DNA of 58,410 bases. It comes from Candidatus Pelearchaeum maunauluense (GTDB lineage Archaea > Thermoproteota > Nitrososphaeria_A > Caldarchaeales > Caldarchaeaceae). Every line of letters starts with the position of its first letter. Positions within the stretch are counted from its first letter, which is position 1. Positions 44,826 to 55,119 of this stretch are shown piece by piece. Position numbers and translations under genes: made by a program. Where the stretch lies: contig JANVYQ010000009.1 of assembly GCA_030059675.1 (NCBI GenBank), positions 1 to 58,410 on the forward strand, in the 5' to 3' direction. The notes beneath the pieces were generated by a model, which saw nothing but the letters and a program-made list of their open reading frames with translations, searched no databases and was not told the origin of the DNA.

Positions 44826-45737
44826 CAGGAGGACGTAGGTGTAGGCTAGCGCTAGGCCTGCCAATGTGGTTAGCGTCCATGAGGCTATGAGCTTTCTGAG
44901 CGTAGCCGCCTTTACCAGAGCGATTCGTGTTGTGAGCGCCGCTCCCAAGAAGCCTCCTAACATGTTTTGCGTCAGGGCTACGGGTATGCTGAGCTGCGTG
45001 AAGAGCCAGAGCATCGTGGCTGCCGTGAAAAGCCCTGTAAGCAGCTTCTGAGGGCTTAGGACGACTAGACTCTCGGCCATCATACCCATTATGCCGCGTC
45101 CAACCAGCATGACGCCCAGTGAGCAGGCTAGGGCAAGCGCCAGGGGGAGAAGACTGGAGTAAGCGCCAGCCTCTCTAGCAAGCCCTAGGATGAAGCTCAC
45201 GTTATTAGCTGCTAGGGCGTATGAGACGTAGAAGACAACCGCATAGACCGCGAGGCGGTTGAACGCGTCTATTGTGACGAGGCTCATGTTACTAGCTAGC
45301 CTCTTCACGGCGCTGTATAGGAGAGGCGTTGCGGCCAGAACCGCGAGCGGAGCCGCGACCCACGCGGCGACCACCCTAGTGAGGAAGTCTATGCTTATCT
45401 GTTGGCCTGCCGAGTATGCGGCGCCAACGTATGCTGCTGTAGCTATGTTAGATAGGCTTACTGGGATTGCGGCGATGTTGGAGCCTAGCATGAGCGCAGT
45501 TGATACCGCGAGCGCTGTCGTGGCTGCTTCGCCGCTTGGTGCGCCGCCCAACAGTAGCGCGGGCTTCATCTTCCAGCCCTCAGCGACAACGCCCAGAAAC
45601 ATTGCTGAAGAAAACAGGAGAGTTGCACGCCTATATGTGAGAAGCCTAACACCAGTAAGAGCGCCAACAGCGATTGAGCTATTATTCCACCCGAAGACTA
45701 GGGCGAGGGCTATGGATACGAGAACTACCTCAAGCAA
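44820..45737 (-). CDS. PiT-family inorganic phosphate transporter
   Basis: GWNN, IPVSLS, AANNV, IPVALTQ motifs; multi-TM; follows DUF47. Confidence 0.85.
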   Translation of the reverse strand: MLEVVLVSIALALVFGWNNSSIAVGALTGVRLLTYRRATLLFSSAMFLGVVAEGWKMKPALLLGGAPSGEAATTALAVSTALMLGSNIAAIPVSLSNIATAAYVGAAYSAGQQISIDFLTRVVAAWVAAPLAVLAATPLLYSAVKRLASNMSLVTIDAFNRLAVYAVVFYVSYALAANNVSFILGLAREAGAYSSLLPLALALACSLGVMLVGRGIMGMMAESLVVLSPQKLLTGLFTAATMLWLFTQLSIPVALTQNMLGGFLGAALTTRIALVKAATLRKLIASWTLTTLAGLALAYTYVLLL

Positions 45738-45739
45738 GC

Positions 45740-46438
45740 CTAGCTATACCCTTTTGCGATTATCTGGAGGATAACATCAGAAGCATCCTCGGCGGCGTCG
45801 CATATGCTATCAGCTTGGTTCACGAAGTCCTTGAGCTGGATTACGTCAAGTATTGGATGGCTCTCAGCGTCTTGTAGTATTTTTCTGAGTAGTGCTTCTT
45901 TCATCGCGTCGGCTGCTTCCTCATACTCCTCTACCTTGTGGGCCAGCTTCACCGCTCCTGAGCCGTGTCTAACAAGCTCCAGTAGGGCGTCGCCCAGCGC
46001 CAATACCGAGTCTAGGCAGAGCTGCGCGTAGCGCTCCATCTCCTGCTCGCTGAAGATTTTCTTGACTAGGGCGCTTTCGCGGGGTAGGTCGCGGAGAATC
46101 TTAGCTGAAACCTTCGCCGAGTCTGCTATGCTATCAAGCTTCTCCACTAGGTTGAGTAGGTCGTCGCGGAGGTATGCGAAGAAGCTGCCAGCGCAGATGT
46201 CCTCGGCTATCCTGCGTCTGACCTCGTCAACCTCCGTCTCCAGCCTATCAACCTCGCCGCAGAGCTTATCAATCTCTTTATGATTCCCGCTCCCAACAAC
46301 GCCGCAGAGCTCCTTGAAGCGCCTCACAGTCTCAGTAGACATCTCCCACTGCTTCAGCAGACGCTCCACGAGCTCCTCCTCACGTCTCTTTAAAAGTGAG
46401 AACGGCCAACGAACAGTCCACACCCCGAAGACAAACAA
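45740..46438 (-). CDS. DUF47 / PhoU-like phosphate transport regulator
   Basis: LETEVDEVRR, REDL-type RDDLL...DSIAD, EEAAD, DSICDAAEDASD. Confidence 0.9.
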   Translation of the reverse strand: MFVFGVWTVRWPFSLLKRREEELVERLLKQWEMSTETVRRFKELCGVVGSGNHKEIDKLCGEVDRLETEVDEVRRRIAEDICAGSFFAYLRDDLLNLVEKLDSIADSAKVSAKILRDLPRESALVKKIFSEQEMERYAQLCLDSVLALGDALLELVRHGSGAVKLAHKVEEYEEAADAMKEALLRKILQDAESHPILDVIQLKDFVNQADSICDAAEDASDVILQIIAKGYS

Positions 46439-46517
46439 CAGCCAACCAACAATATAACGATTGATGATATTTCATGACAGGTTTTTATCCTGCATTTGGC
46501 GCGTGTAGCGCCTAGGT

Positions 46518-47423
46518 GTGCGCAACCCCGTGCGGAGAGAGGCGCAGGCGTTTTCTGTGGTGGAGACGGTTAAGGTCTATTTTCGTTTGACGAAGCCGCG
46601 TGTATGGTGGCTTCTTGTATTCACTGGCATCACTGGGCTTGTAGCCGCTTCCAACGGCGTCCCAGACCCATACATCGCTGTTATGGCTACGCTCATAATA
46701 ACCCTAGGCTCCGCTGGGGCTGAGACGGTTTCCAACTATCTTGAGCGGGATATAGATGCGATAATGCAGAGAACGCGGAAGCGGCCACTACCAGCTGGGC
46801 AGATAAAGCCTGCGTGGAAGGCGTTGGTCTTCGGAATAGCTCTAATCGCAGCCTCGCTGACCATGGCCGCGAGCATAAACGTTCTCGCGTTTCTCTTCAT
46901 GGCTTTCGGAATATTTGACTACGTTGTTGTTTATGTGATGTATTCTAAGAGGAGGACGCCGCTGAACATAATCTTGGGGAGTTTCGCTGGCGGTGCTCCC
47001 ACGATGGCTGGCTACGTAGCGGTATCCAACGCGGCCACGCTGGAGGCGTGGATAATGTCGGCCCTCGTAGTTCTCTGGATACCCAGCCACGTATGGAGCC
47101 TAGCCCTAAAGTACCGCGACGACTACGCGCGCGCAAACATACCCATGCTCCCAGTAGTGACAAGCGAGAGGACTGCGATAAGATGTATAGCTTCCACAGC
47201 TATCCTGCTGGTTCTCTTCTCGGCCGCACTCTACTTCCACAACCCAGCCAAGTATGGTGTAATCTACGTGGCTACGGCGGGGATAACTGGCGCGCTCCTA
47301 GCGGTTCTCAGCGTGGAGCTCATGAGAAGGCCGGATAAGGATAATGCCTGGCGGCTCTTCAAGTTCAGCAGCCCACACCTGGCGTTGCTCTTCCTAGCGA
47401 TAATAATTGACACGATATTCTAA
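46518..47423 (+). CDS. cyoE: Protoheme IX prenyltransferase (heme o synthase)
   Basis: LTKPRV, ERDIDAIMQRTRKRPLP, KRRTPLNI..G..AG, LWIPSHVWSLAL..RDDY..A.IPMLP. Confidence 0.95.
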   Translation: MRNPVRREAQAFSVVETVKVYFRLTKPRVWWLLVFTGITGLVAASNGVPDPYIAVMATLIITLGSAGAETVSNYLERDIDAIMQRTRKRPLPAGQIKPAWKALVFGIALIAASLTMAASINVLAFLFMAFGIFDYVVVYVMYSKRRTPLNIILGSFAGGAPTMAGYVAVSNAATLEAWIMSALVVLWIPSHVWSLALKYRDDYARANIPMLPVVTSERTAIRCIASTAILLVLFSAALYFHNPAKYGVIYVATAGITGALLAVLSVELMRRPDKDNAWRLFKFSSPHLALLFLAIIIDTIF

Positions 47424-47440
47424 GAGAAAAGAAGAAAAGG
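47423..47440 (-). terminator. U-rich tract right after the rpoA stop (putative archaeal terminator)
   Basis: Minus strand CCTTTTCTTCTTTTCTCT between convergent genes. Confidence 0.5.
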
Positions 47441-50400
47441 CTACTGCTGGTTGTTTTGGTTCTCCTCCTGGCCCGCCGCGTGCCTCATCAGAAGCGTTAC
47501 CATGCCTGTTCCTACTGGTATCTCTTTTCCAATCAGTATGCGCTCCACGTTTCCTCTTAGGTTGTCCACCTCGCCGCGTGCGGCAGCATCCATCAACGTC
47601 TGGACGCTTATCTCAAAGGCTGCCCTGGCTAGGACGCTGCTCTTCAGCTTCACTACGCCGTGCCTGCCTATCTGCCTGACCGCGCCGCTTACGGTCATCA
47701 TGTCAGCTAGGAGTAGCAGATGCCTTATATCCACGTCAAGCCCCTGCTCGCGCATGACGTTCTTCGCCTCCTTGATTATCGCGTTCCTAGCAGCCTCGAT
47801 GCCCAGAACCTCGGCAATCTCGTAGATGTCATTTGTCTCCACGCGGGCGTGGTCTATCCCAGGAATCTCCAGAACCTCCTTTAGGTTTGAGCCCTCGGTC
47901 TCTATCACGTAGCCATCCTTCTCCTGCTTCACTATCGCCCTCTTAATCTTCCTAACACCCTTAACCTTGATTACGTCAAGCCTCTCCTTCAGCTTGTTGA
48001 TATTCAGCAGCATATCCTCCTTCAGCTTTATCGTAACCGTCTCGCCGTCCTCGTCCACCTTCCCCTCAAAGAGCTTGAGCGCTTTCTCAATATCCCCCTT
48101 GGTTATCCCCCTATCCTCCATTATCTCCCTGTTGAGCTTAATGATGAGCGTGCCCCGCTTGTAGTTGACTGACATCTCCTCAACTAGGTCGCCGAACTTG
48201 GTGAACTGGAGCTGCTTCGCCAGCTTCTTCGCCTTGGCTAGGTTGTGAGCGTACTCGCCGGTCAGAGGTAGGCGCATGAAGGGAGTTGAAGGCGTTCTCC
48301 GCGCATCCACTATCTCTATCAGCCTTGGGAGCCCTAGGAGGATGCTCTGCTCGCGTACTCCAGCGAAGTGGAATGTCCTGAGCGTGAGCTGGGTTCCAGG
48401 CTCGCCTATGGACTGGGCTGTTATGACGCCCACCGCGTCCCCAGGCTCTACTCGCGACTCCTTATAACGCCGCTCAAGCTCCTCAAACGCCTTATCCACC
48501 AGCTCGCGCGTGGCCTTGCTATTCTTCAGAGCCGCGGCGAGCTCGCGCACAATCTTCGGCGGGAGACGCTGACAATACTCGCGAACCTTCTCCTCAATAT
48601 ACTCCTCCTTGGCCGGCGCTCCTCCCCTGATTGTCGGGGCCAGCTTGTTTATCAGAGCGTCAGGCGAGACGACGATGCCGTGGTCGCTCTTCGCTGGGTC
48701 TACGCCGTCCTCGCCATAGAGGAACTGTATTATCCTCTTCTCATCAGCCGTTCTTACCGTTCCGTCATAGTCTATGTAGAGCGACTCTAGGGCGTTGATT
48801 AGCCTGCGCTGCATGTAGCCGCTCTGCTGCGTTCTGACCGCGGTATCCACCAGCCCGTCCCTGCCTCCCACAGCGTGGAAGAAGAACTCTATCGGGTCTA
48901 GGCCTGAGACGAATGAGTTGTAGACGAAGCCCCGCGCCCTTGGTGAGAGGTCTCCCTTCTTGAAGAATGTAAGAACCCTGTCGTTGAAGCCCCTATGTAT
49001 TCTCTCACGCCTCACCGACTGCTGGCCTACTACTGCAACCATCTGGTCTATGTTAAGGAGTGTGCCGCGTGCTCCTGTTCTAGCCATTATGACCGCGCTG
49101 CTCTCCTGCGATATCTTGGAGCGGACTATACGCCCAGCGGTATCCCTAGCCTCGCTCAGGAGCTGGAGAACATCCGACTCAAACGCCTGCGTCTCGGTCA
49201 TCCCAGGCGGTATCTCGCGCTTCCCACGCTCGTACTCGGCCTTGAGCTTGAGGAAGTCGTCCTCGGTCTGCCTCAAGACTCTGGAAATCTCCTCATACGC
49301 CTCGCGCGGCACTGTCAGGTCCTCAACCGAGAAGGTGAAGCCGTGAATCTCCAGATAGGTGTTGGCCAGCCTCACAACCTTGTCCAAGAACTCGCGGGCA
49401 ACCTCATTACCATAATCACGGGCAAGCCTATGCAGTATGCTGTTAGCCTTCTCTATCCCTATAGCGTTCTTGTCTATGACACCCTCCACAAGCTCGCCGT
49501 TCCTGATAACCACAGGCCTGTTGGGGTCGAAGGAAGACCTGAACGTGTGGTTGAAGTCCCTCGGCATGAGGAGGCTGAATATCTGCTTACCCGTCCAGCG
49601 CGGCTCAGGCTTCTTGATTGCTGGCTCTGGTATGGGGCCTGAATACTTTATCGCCGCAAGTAGCTGGGCCATCTCGCGCTTGTTGAATGAGGTGCCCTCG
49701 CGCGTCAGGAGGTACATTGAGGTTAGGAAGTCGCGTATTGCTCCGATGATTGGAGCACCGTAGCGCGGCGAGATAATATTATTCTGGACGAGCAGGAGTA
49801 TCCTGGCCTCTGTCTGCGCCTCCTCGCTCTGAGGAACATGGAGGTTCATCTCATCCCCGTCAAAGTCGGCGTTATACGGCGTGCAGACAGCCAGGTTGAG
49901 CCTAAACGTCCTATATGGCAATACCCTAACGATATGCGCCATTATTGACATCCTGTGCAGCGATGGCTGGCGGTTGAAGAGCACTATGTCCCCGTTCTGT
50001 AGGTGGCGCTCCACCGTGTAGCCTGGCTCCAGCGCGTTGGCGAGCCCCTCAAGGTCGTGGACGAACTTGAGCCTGATACGCTTCCCATCTGGCCTGATAA
50101 CATACTTAGCTCCTGGATACTTGTCTGGCCCGTTCCTCACAAGCTGGCGGAGGCGCTCCACATTCCATATAGTAACCTTCTCCGCCACCGTGAGTTGCAT
50201 GGCTATCTCAACTGGGACACCCACCTCGTTTACGCCTATGTTGATGTCTGGTGAGATTACTGTGCGTGCTGAGAAATCCACACGCTTTCCTGAGAGGTTA
50301 AGCCTGAACCTGCCCTCCTTGCCTTTGAGGCGTTGTGCAAGCGTCTTCAGGACGCGGCCAGACCTGTGCATGGCTGGTGATGTCCCCGCGGCCTCGTTGT

Positions 50401-51241
50401 TGATGTAGGTGGTTACGTGGTACTGCAGTAGGTCTGACAGCTCCGCGATTACTGGAGACGGAGAGCCAGCGTTGATGTTCTCGCGAAGCCTCTGCGCTAC
50501 GCGGAGGATGTCAACGAGCTTGTGGGTCAGGTCGTCCTCAGACCTGAAGCCAGACTCAAGCGTTATAGACGGCCTGACATACACCGGTGGGACTGGCAGA
50601 ACAGTTAGGACCATCCACTCTGGTCTTGAGGTTTCTGGGTTGATGTCTAGGAGCTTGAGGTCGTCATCTGGTATGCGCTCTAAGCGCGACCTCACGGTGC
50701 TGGCGTGGAGCCTCACCGGCCCCGAGTCGGTTACCTCCACTATTGTTACTGGCTTCTCCAGCTCTATCTTGTGCTGTTTCTCGCCGCAATGGGGGCAGAC
50801 CTGCTCGGCCATGGCGCGTTGCTTGACCCTGAAGAAGACATGCCTATACGGCCTGCCCTGCTGCTGTAAGCGTATAATCTCCTCCTTGAACTGGTTTATC
50901 TGGTCTTCTGAGAGGAGTATCCTTCCGCATGAGCGGCATGTGCATTTCAGCAGCTCGTATATCGTCTTGGCGAAGCCTACGTGGATGACGGGGACTGGTA
51001 GCTCTATGTGCCCGAAGTGGCCTGGGCAGCCTAGGTATGTGTTTCCGCAGGTCTTGCATCTCTGTCCTGGCTCCAGCGTACCTAGGCGGGGGTCCATAAC
51101 GCCCGTCGGGATTGGCATACCATCCTCGTCGTATGTGTCTGGCGAGCTTATCTCGGCGACGCTCATCTTCCTGATGAGGTCTGGGGAGAGTATGCCGAAG
51201 CGGATTGCAGCGATTGAGGCTGTGTAGCTCATCATCCTCAC
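47441..51241 (-). CDS. rpoA: RNA polymerase largest subunit, unsplit A'+A''
   Basis: CPGHFGHIEL, YNADFDGDEMN, AQSIGEPGTQLTLRTFHFAG, SVLARAAFE all in one ORF. Confidence 0.98.
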   Translation of the reverse strand: MRMMSYTASIAAIRFGILSPDLIRKMSVAEISSPDTYDEDGMPIPTGVMDPRLGTLEPGQRCKTCGNTYLGCPGHFGHIELPVPVIHVGFAKTIYELLKCTCRSCGRILLSEDQINQFKEEIIRLQQQGRPYRHVFFRVKQRAMAEQVCPHCGEKQHKIELEKPVTIVEVTDSGPVRLHASTVRSRLERIPDDDLKLLDINPETSRPEWMVLTVLPVPPVYVRPSITLESGFRSEDDLTHKLVDILRVAQRLRENINAGSPSPVIAELSDLLQYHVTTYINNEAAGTSPAMHRSGRVLKTLAQRLKGKEGRFRLNLSGKRVDFSARTVISPDINIGVNEVGVPVEIAMQLTVAEKVTIWNVERLRQLVRNGPDKYPGAKYVIRPDGKRIRLKFVHDLEGLANALEPGYTVERHLQNGDIVLFNRQPSLHRMSIMAHIVRVLPYRTFRLNLAVCTPYNADFDGDEMNLHVPQSEEAQTEARILLLVQNNIISPRYGAPIIGAIRDFLTSMYLLTREGTSFNKREMAQLLAAIKYSGPIPEPAIKKPEPRWTGKQIFSLLMPRDFNHTFRSSFDPNRPVVIRNGELVEGVIDKNAIGIEKANSILHRLARDYGNEVAREFLDKVVRLANTYLEIHGFTFSVEDLTVPREAYEEISRVLRQTEDDFLKLKAEYERGKREIPPGMTETQAFESDVLQLLSEARDTAGRIVRSKISQESSAVIMARTGARGTLLNIDQMVAVVGQQSVRRERIHRGFNDRVLTFFKKGDLSPRARGFVYNSFVSGLDPIEFFFHAVGGRDGLVDTAVRTQQSGYMQRRLINALESLYIDYDGTVRTADEKRIIQFLYGEDGVDPAKSDHGIVVSPDALINKLAPTIRGGAPAKEEYIEEKVREYCQRLPPKIVRELAAALKNSKATRELVDKAFEELERRYKESRVEPGDAVGVITAQSIGEPGTQLTLRTFHFAGVREQSILLGLPRLIEIVDARRTPSTPFMRLPLTGEYAHNLAKAKKLAKQLQFTKFGDLVEEMSVNYKRGTLIIKLNREIMEDRGITKGDIEKALKLFEGKVDEDGETVTIKLKEDMLLNINKLKERLDVIKVKGVRKIKRAIVKQEKDGYVIETEGSNLKEVLEIPGIDHARVETNDIYEIAEVLGIEAARNAIIKEAKNVMREQGLDVDIRHLLLLADMMTVSGAVRQIGRHGVVKLKSSVLARAAFEISVQTLMDAAARGEVDNLRGNVERILIGKEIPVGTGMVTLLMRHAAGQEENQNNQQ

Positions 51242-51243
51242 CC

Positions 51244-54200
51244 CTAGGTTGGCGGAAGCTCCTCCATCTCTATCTTCACCCTAAGCCCCATGCTGAGCAG
51301 CTCGTTGAGCAGTAGGTAGAAGGCGTAGCTCATCGTTACAGGCCTTACCTTGGCGTCTTTACCATCTACTGGGCAGATGTAGCGTTCTTGCTTAAGGTCG
51401 TAATATGCTGGGAGCCCGCATTTTTCGCAGAAGTGCGCCATGTATTTGTCGCTCTGCTCCAGAAGCCTGTCCAGGAGTAGGTAGGACGCTCCATATGCTA
51501 TAAGGCAGTCGCGCTCCATCTCCCCGAACTTCAGGCCGCCACCCCTGGCCCTCCCCTCCGTAGGCTGGCGCGTCAGCATCTGCACCTGCCCGCGAGCCCT
51601 GGCGTGTATCTTATCCCTAACCAGGTGGTGGAGACGCTGGTAGTAGACGACGCCTATGAATATCTCAGTCTCGTAGCGCCTCCCCGTTATGCCGTTGTAT
51701 AGTATTTCCTTACCAGAGCTCTTAAAGCCCAGCTCCTCAAGCTCGCGCTTAATCTCCTCGTATGGCTTGCCCATGAATGGCGTGCCGTCTATCAGCTCTC
51801 CCTTCAGAGCGCCCAGCTTGCCTGCTAGGCTCTCAAGGAGCTGGCCGACGGTCATTCTTGACGGGAAGGCGTGTGGGTTTATGAGCAGGTCTGGGACAAC
51901 CCCGTCCTTCGTGTATGGCATGTCCTCATGCGGGAAGAGCATCCCCACAACACCCTTCTGACCATGCCGCGAGGAGAACTTATCACCAATCTCCGTGAAG
52001 CACGTGGTTCTCACACGCGCCTTGGCCAGCTTATTGCCCTCAGCTGTGTGGGTTACGAATATAGCATCCACGACGCCGCTCTCAGACGGCCTTACAGCCT
52101 CGGAGGTGTCGCGCCAGACCATCTCGCGCGTTGGGACACGCTGGTATTCCTCCATGAAGCGCGGCGGACTCATCATCCCTATAATCACGGTACCGCCGCT
52201 CACATCCGCCTCAATATGAGCGAAGCCGTCGCTGTCAAGCACGCGGTAGTACTGCTCGCCGCGGTAGCCGCGCACACTTGGGTCTGGGATTCCGAACTTG
52301 TCGCGCTGGCCGCCTAGGTATGGCCGTGCCTCCACCTCGTATGTCCTGTAGCTTATAGAAAGCCCAAGGCCACGCTCAACAGACGACTTGTTAAGCACAA
52401 CCGCGTCCTCCATGTTGTAGCCCTGGCTTGTGAGCACGGCGACGACCATGTTTTGGCCCGATGGCCGCGAGTTCAGGCCGACGAACTCCGCCGCCTTGGT
52501 GGTTACTATCGGCCTCTGCGGGTAGATTAGGAGGTGCATACGCGAGTCTGTTCTTAGGTCGTAGTTGGAGGCGAAGATTCCGAGAGCCTGCTTGCCCATA
52601 GCTCCCTCATACACATTACGCGGCGACTGGTTGTGCTGGGCGTATGGGATTACGGAAACAACAGCCCCCAGCATGGCGTAGGGCGAGACCTCAAGATGAG
52701 TATGCTCCTGCGTGAGCTTGTCTGGGGTAAGCGCGACGTAGGCGTTCTCCTCCTCCTCAGCGTCTAGGAACTCAATTATCCCAAGGCTCACCAAGTCCCT
52801 GAAGCGTGTAGTCTTATTCCTCAACTGCTCTATATGCGTGGGCTTGAGCCTAGGCTGGCCACGCTCAACAACTATAACTGGCCGCCTAACCCTGCCCTCA
52901 TCAGTGTTAATCCAGACCTCCTGAACATGCTCATACACATAGACAGCCACGTTGACGTTGCTGTTCACCTCCCCCTCGCGGCGTAGTCTGCGTATCTCGC
53001 TGGCCAGCCACTGGCCGTTATTATGGTAGCCGACCAGCAAGCCGTCCACGAAGACCTTCGTGCTGGGTATCTGTCGTCTCCTGGAGATTACCTCCGCGAG
53101 CGGGATTACGCCGAGCTGGAAGAGCTTATCCAGCACGTCGCGCCTGTTGGTCTGGAATGAGAACTCCGCGCTCAGGGCTAGGTTCTTCACAAGCCCAGCG
53201 TTGCTCCCCTCAGGGGTCTCGCATGGGCAGAGCCTCCCCCAGTGAGTCCCATGTAGGTCGCGCGCCTCAAAGTGGGGCTGGCCCCTGCTGAGCGGCGACT
53301 GGACACGCCTAAGGTGGCTCAGCGTTGCGAGGTAGTTTGTCCTGTTGAGGAGCTGGGTAACCCCAACCCTGCCGCCAGGCCAGTTTCCAGTAGCGAAGGC
53401 GTGGCGTACAAAGTCTGTAACTATTCCTGGCCTGACGAATGTGGAGATACCAACAGGCTGGCGAGTAGCTATTATGCGCTCAAGCTGGTATCTTATGTCG
53501 CGGATGAGCTTCATCAAGGCCATGCGGTATAGCTCTGTCAGTAGCGGGGATTCTAGCTTAACCCTCTTGTTGGCGTAGTGGTCCTTGTCGCTGGGTGTTC
53601 TCAGGCCTAGGCTCGTTTCAAGAACCATGCCTATCATCTCGCAGAGATAGACAGCCTTGTTGTATCGCGCCGCCTTCGTCGTGCCTACGTGAAGTAGGAA
53701 GACGCTATCTATCATCTGCTCCGCGCGCTCCATCCTATACTCCTCGGCATAACCGAGAGCAACCCTGTTGCCTATGTAGCGGAGAGCCTCCTCAGCGCTC
53801 TCCACGCCCTCAGCCTCCCTGAAGGAAGGCTCAAGAAGCTCCTGCACCTCCTTACGCGGCGAAATCATATTCACTATATCGCGGTCGTTGGTCATCCCAA
53901 GTGCGCGGAGCATTATTATCGCTGGTATCCCCTTATAGATGCGCGAGAAGAACACCCTAATCGGATTACCCTCCTTATAATTGACCTCAACCCTAACCTG
54001 CCTCCCATGCGCGGAGGAGAGGATAACAGCAGTATATTGTGCTTTGCCATTAGTGTCTTTCCGAGTTACCATTATCCTGTTGGGCGCTAGGTCTTCTATC
54101 GCGACCACTACACGCTCAGAGCCGTTTATTATGAAGTAGCCACCTGGGTCGCGCGGGTCTTCGCCAACAGCCATGAGCTCGTCTGGCGTCATCTTGGAGA

Positions 54201-54606
54201 GTGGGCATATCTCAGACTTGACCATAACGGGTATGGCGCCTATCTCAACCTTCTCGCCGGATATCCTCCTGCCGTCTATGTAGAGGCTCATCTTCACGTA
54301 GATGGGTGCTTCGTAGGTGAGGTTTCTCAGCCGCGCCTCCGCTGGGTAGAGCCGCTCATTAATCGTACCGTCAATCTCCACAACGCGTGGGCTGCCTATC
54401 TCCACCTGGCCAAACTTAAGCACCACAGTCCCATGACGGGTTCTAATCTCCTGGTCGCCCAGCGAGTTGATAAGCTCCTGAAGCCCCTCACGGACAAAGT
54501 AGTTGTAAGATTTTAAATGGTGCTGGACCAGCCCCTCCTCCTCTATAAACGCGCGCATTACCTCCCAGAGGTCTTCCTGGCTTAGCTTGGGAACAACCTG
54601 CTGCAT
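51244..54606 (-). CDS. rpoB: RNA polymerase subunit B (unsplit)
   Basis: GGYFIINGSERV, ETPEG, GYNMEDA, GDKFSSRHGQKG, GGLKFGEMERD. Confidence 0.98.
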   Translation of the reverse strand: MQQVVPKLSQEDLWEVMRAFIEEEGLVQHHLKSYNYFVREGLQELINSLGDQEIRTRHGTVVLKFGQVEIGSPRVVEIDGTINERLYPAEARLRNLTYEAPIYVKMSLYIDGRRISGEKVEIGAIPVMVKSEICPLSKMTPDELMAVGEDPRDPGGYFIINGSERVVVAIEDLAPNRIMVTRKDTNGKAQYTAVILSSAHGRQVRVEVNYKEGNPIRVFFSRIYKGIPAIIMLRALGMTNDRDIVNMISPRKEVQELLEPSFREAEGVESAEEALRYIGNRVALGYAEEYRMERAEQMIDSVFLLHVGTTKAARYNKAVYLCEMIGMVLETSLGLRTPSDKDHYANKRVKLESPLLTELYRMALMKLIRDIRYQLERIIATRQPVGISTFVRPGIVTDFVRHAFATGNWPGGRVGVTQLLNRTNYLATLSHLRRVQSPLSRGQPHFEARDLHGTHWGRLCPCETPEGSNAGLVKNLALSAEFSFQTNRRDVLDKLFQLGVIPLAEVISRRRQIPSTKVFVDGLLVGYHNNGQWLASEIRRLRREGEVNSNVNVAVYVYEHVQEVWINTDEGRVRRPVIVVERGQPRLKPTHIEQLRNKTTRFRDLVSLGIIEFLDAEEEENAYVALTPDKLTQEHTHLEVSPYAMLGAVVSVIPYAQHNQSPRNVYEGAMGKQALGIFASNYDLRTDSRMHLLIYPQRPIVTTKAAEFVGLNSRPSGQNMVVAVLTSQGYNMEDAVVLNKSSVERGLGLSISYRTYEVEARPYLGGQRDKFGIPDPSVRGYRGEQYYRVLDSDGFAHIEADVSGGTVIIGMMSPPRFMEEYQRVPTREMVWRDTSEAVRPSESGVVDAIFVTHTAEGNKLAKARVRTTCFTEIGDKFSSRHGQKGVVGMLFPHEDMPYTKDGVVPDLLINPHAFPSRMTVGQLLESLAGKLGALKGELIDGTPFMGKPYEEIKRELEELGFKSSGKEILYNGITGRRYETEIFIGVVYYQRLHHLVRDKIHARARGQVQMLTRQPTEGRARGGGLKFGEMERDCLIAYGASYLLLDRLLEQSDKYMAHFCEKCGLPAYYDLKQERYICPVDGKDAKVRPVTMSYAFYLLLNELLSMGLRVKIEMEELPPT

Positions 54607-54609
54607 ATT

Positions 54610-54948
54610 CTACGCCTCCCTCACCACGACCCTATAATAAATAGCCTCGCCAGCGGTCTCCGACTCGCGTGTTATCTTGATTATATCCCCCAGCTTCGCG
54701 CCGAGCAGCTTAACCACAGGGTCAGTTATCAGTATATAGGGCAGCTGCTGGGGCGTTATTCCCAGCCTCTCTAGGAGCTGCTTCTTCTCCTCCTCGCTCA
54801 ATATCTCATGCTTCGGGACAAGGCTATGCTGGAGTATGCTGAAAGGCTTAGCCTCAGGCTCAGCAGCCTCCTTCTCCTTCTTCTTTGCAGTCTTACACCT
54901 CTCCGCCCGTTTAGACTTGCTCATACGCTTACCATCCCCCTTAACCAT
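54610..54948 (-). CDS. rpoH: RNA polymerase subunit H (Rpo5) with Lys-rich N-terminal extension
   Basis: [10 protein letters not shown]...[11 protein letters not shown]...[14 protein letters not shown]...YYRVV. Confidence 0.95.
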   Translation of the reverse strand: MVKGDGKRMSKSKRAERCKTAKKKEKEAAEPEAKPFSILQHSLVPKHEILSEEEKKQLLERLGITPQQLPYILITDPVVKLLGAKLGDIIKITRESETAGEAIYYRVVVREA

Positions 54949-55119
54949 GCAGAATACTCTCTATCCGATGTACGGAGTGGGTGGTATTAAACCCTCTCCG
55001 AACGAAAACAGGGCTTTGTTTTAGGGATCCTCAGGCTATTCCCGCTTTATATAATACTTCCCTACGCCCGCATATAATGCGATATTATTAAAAATTAGAG
55101 AGTTGTGCCGACCCTAGCT

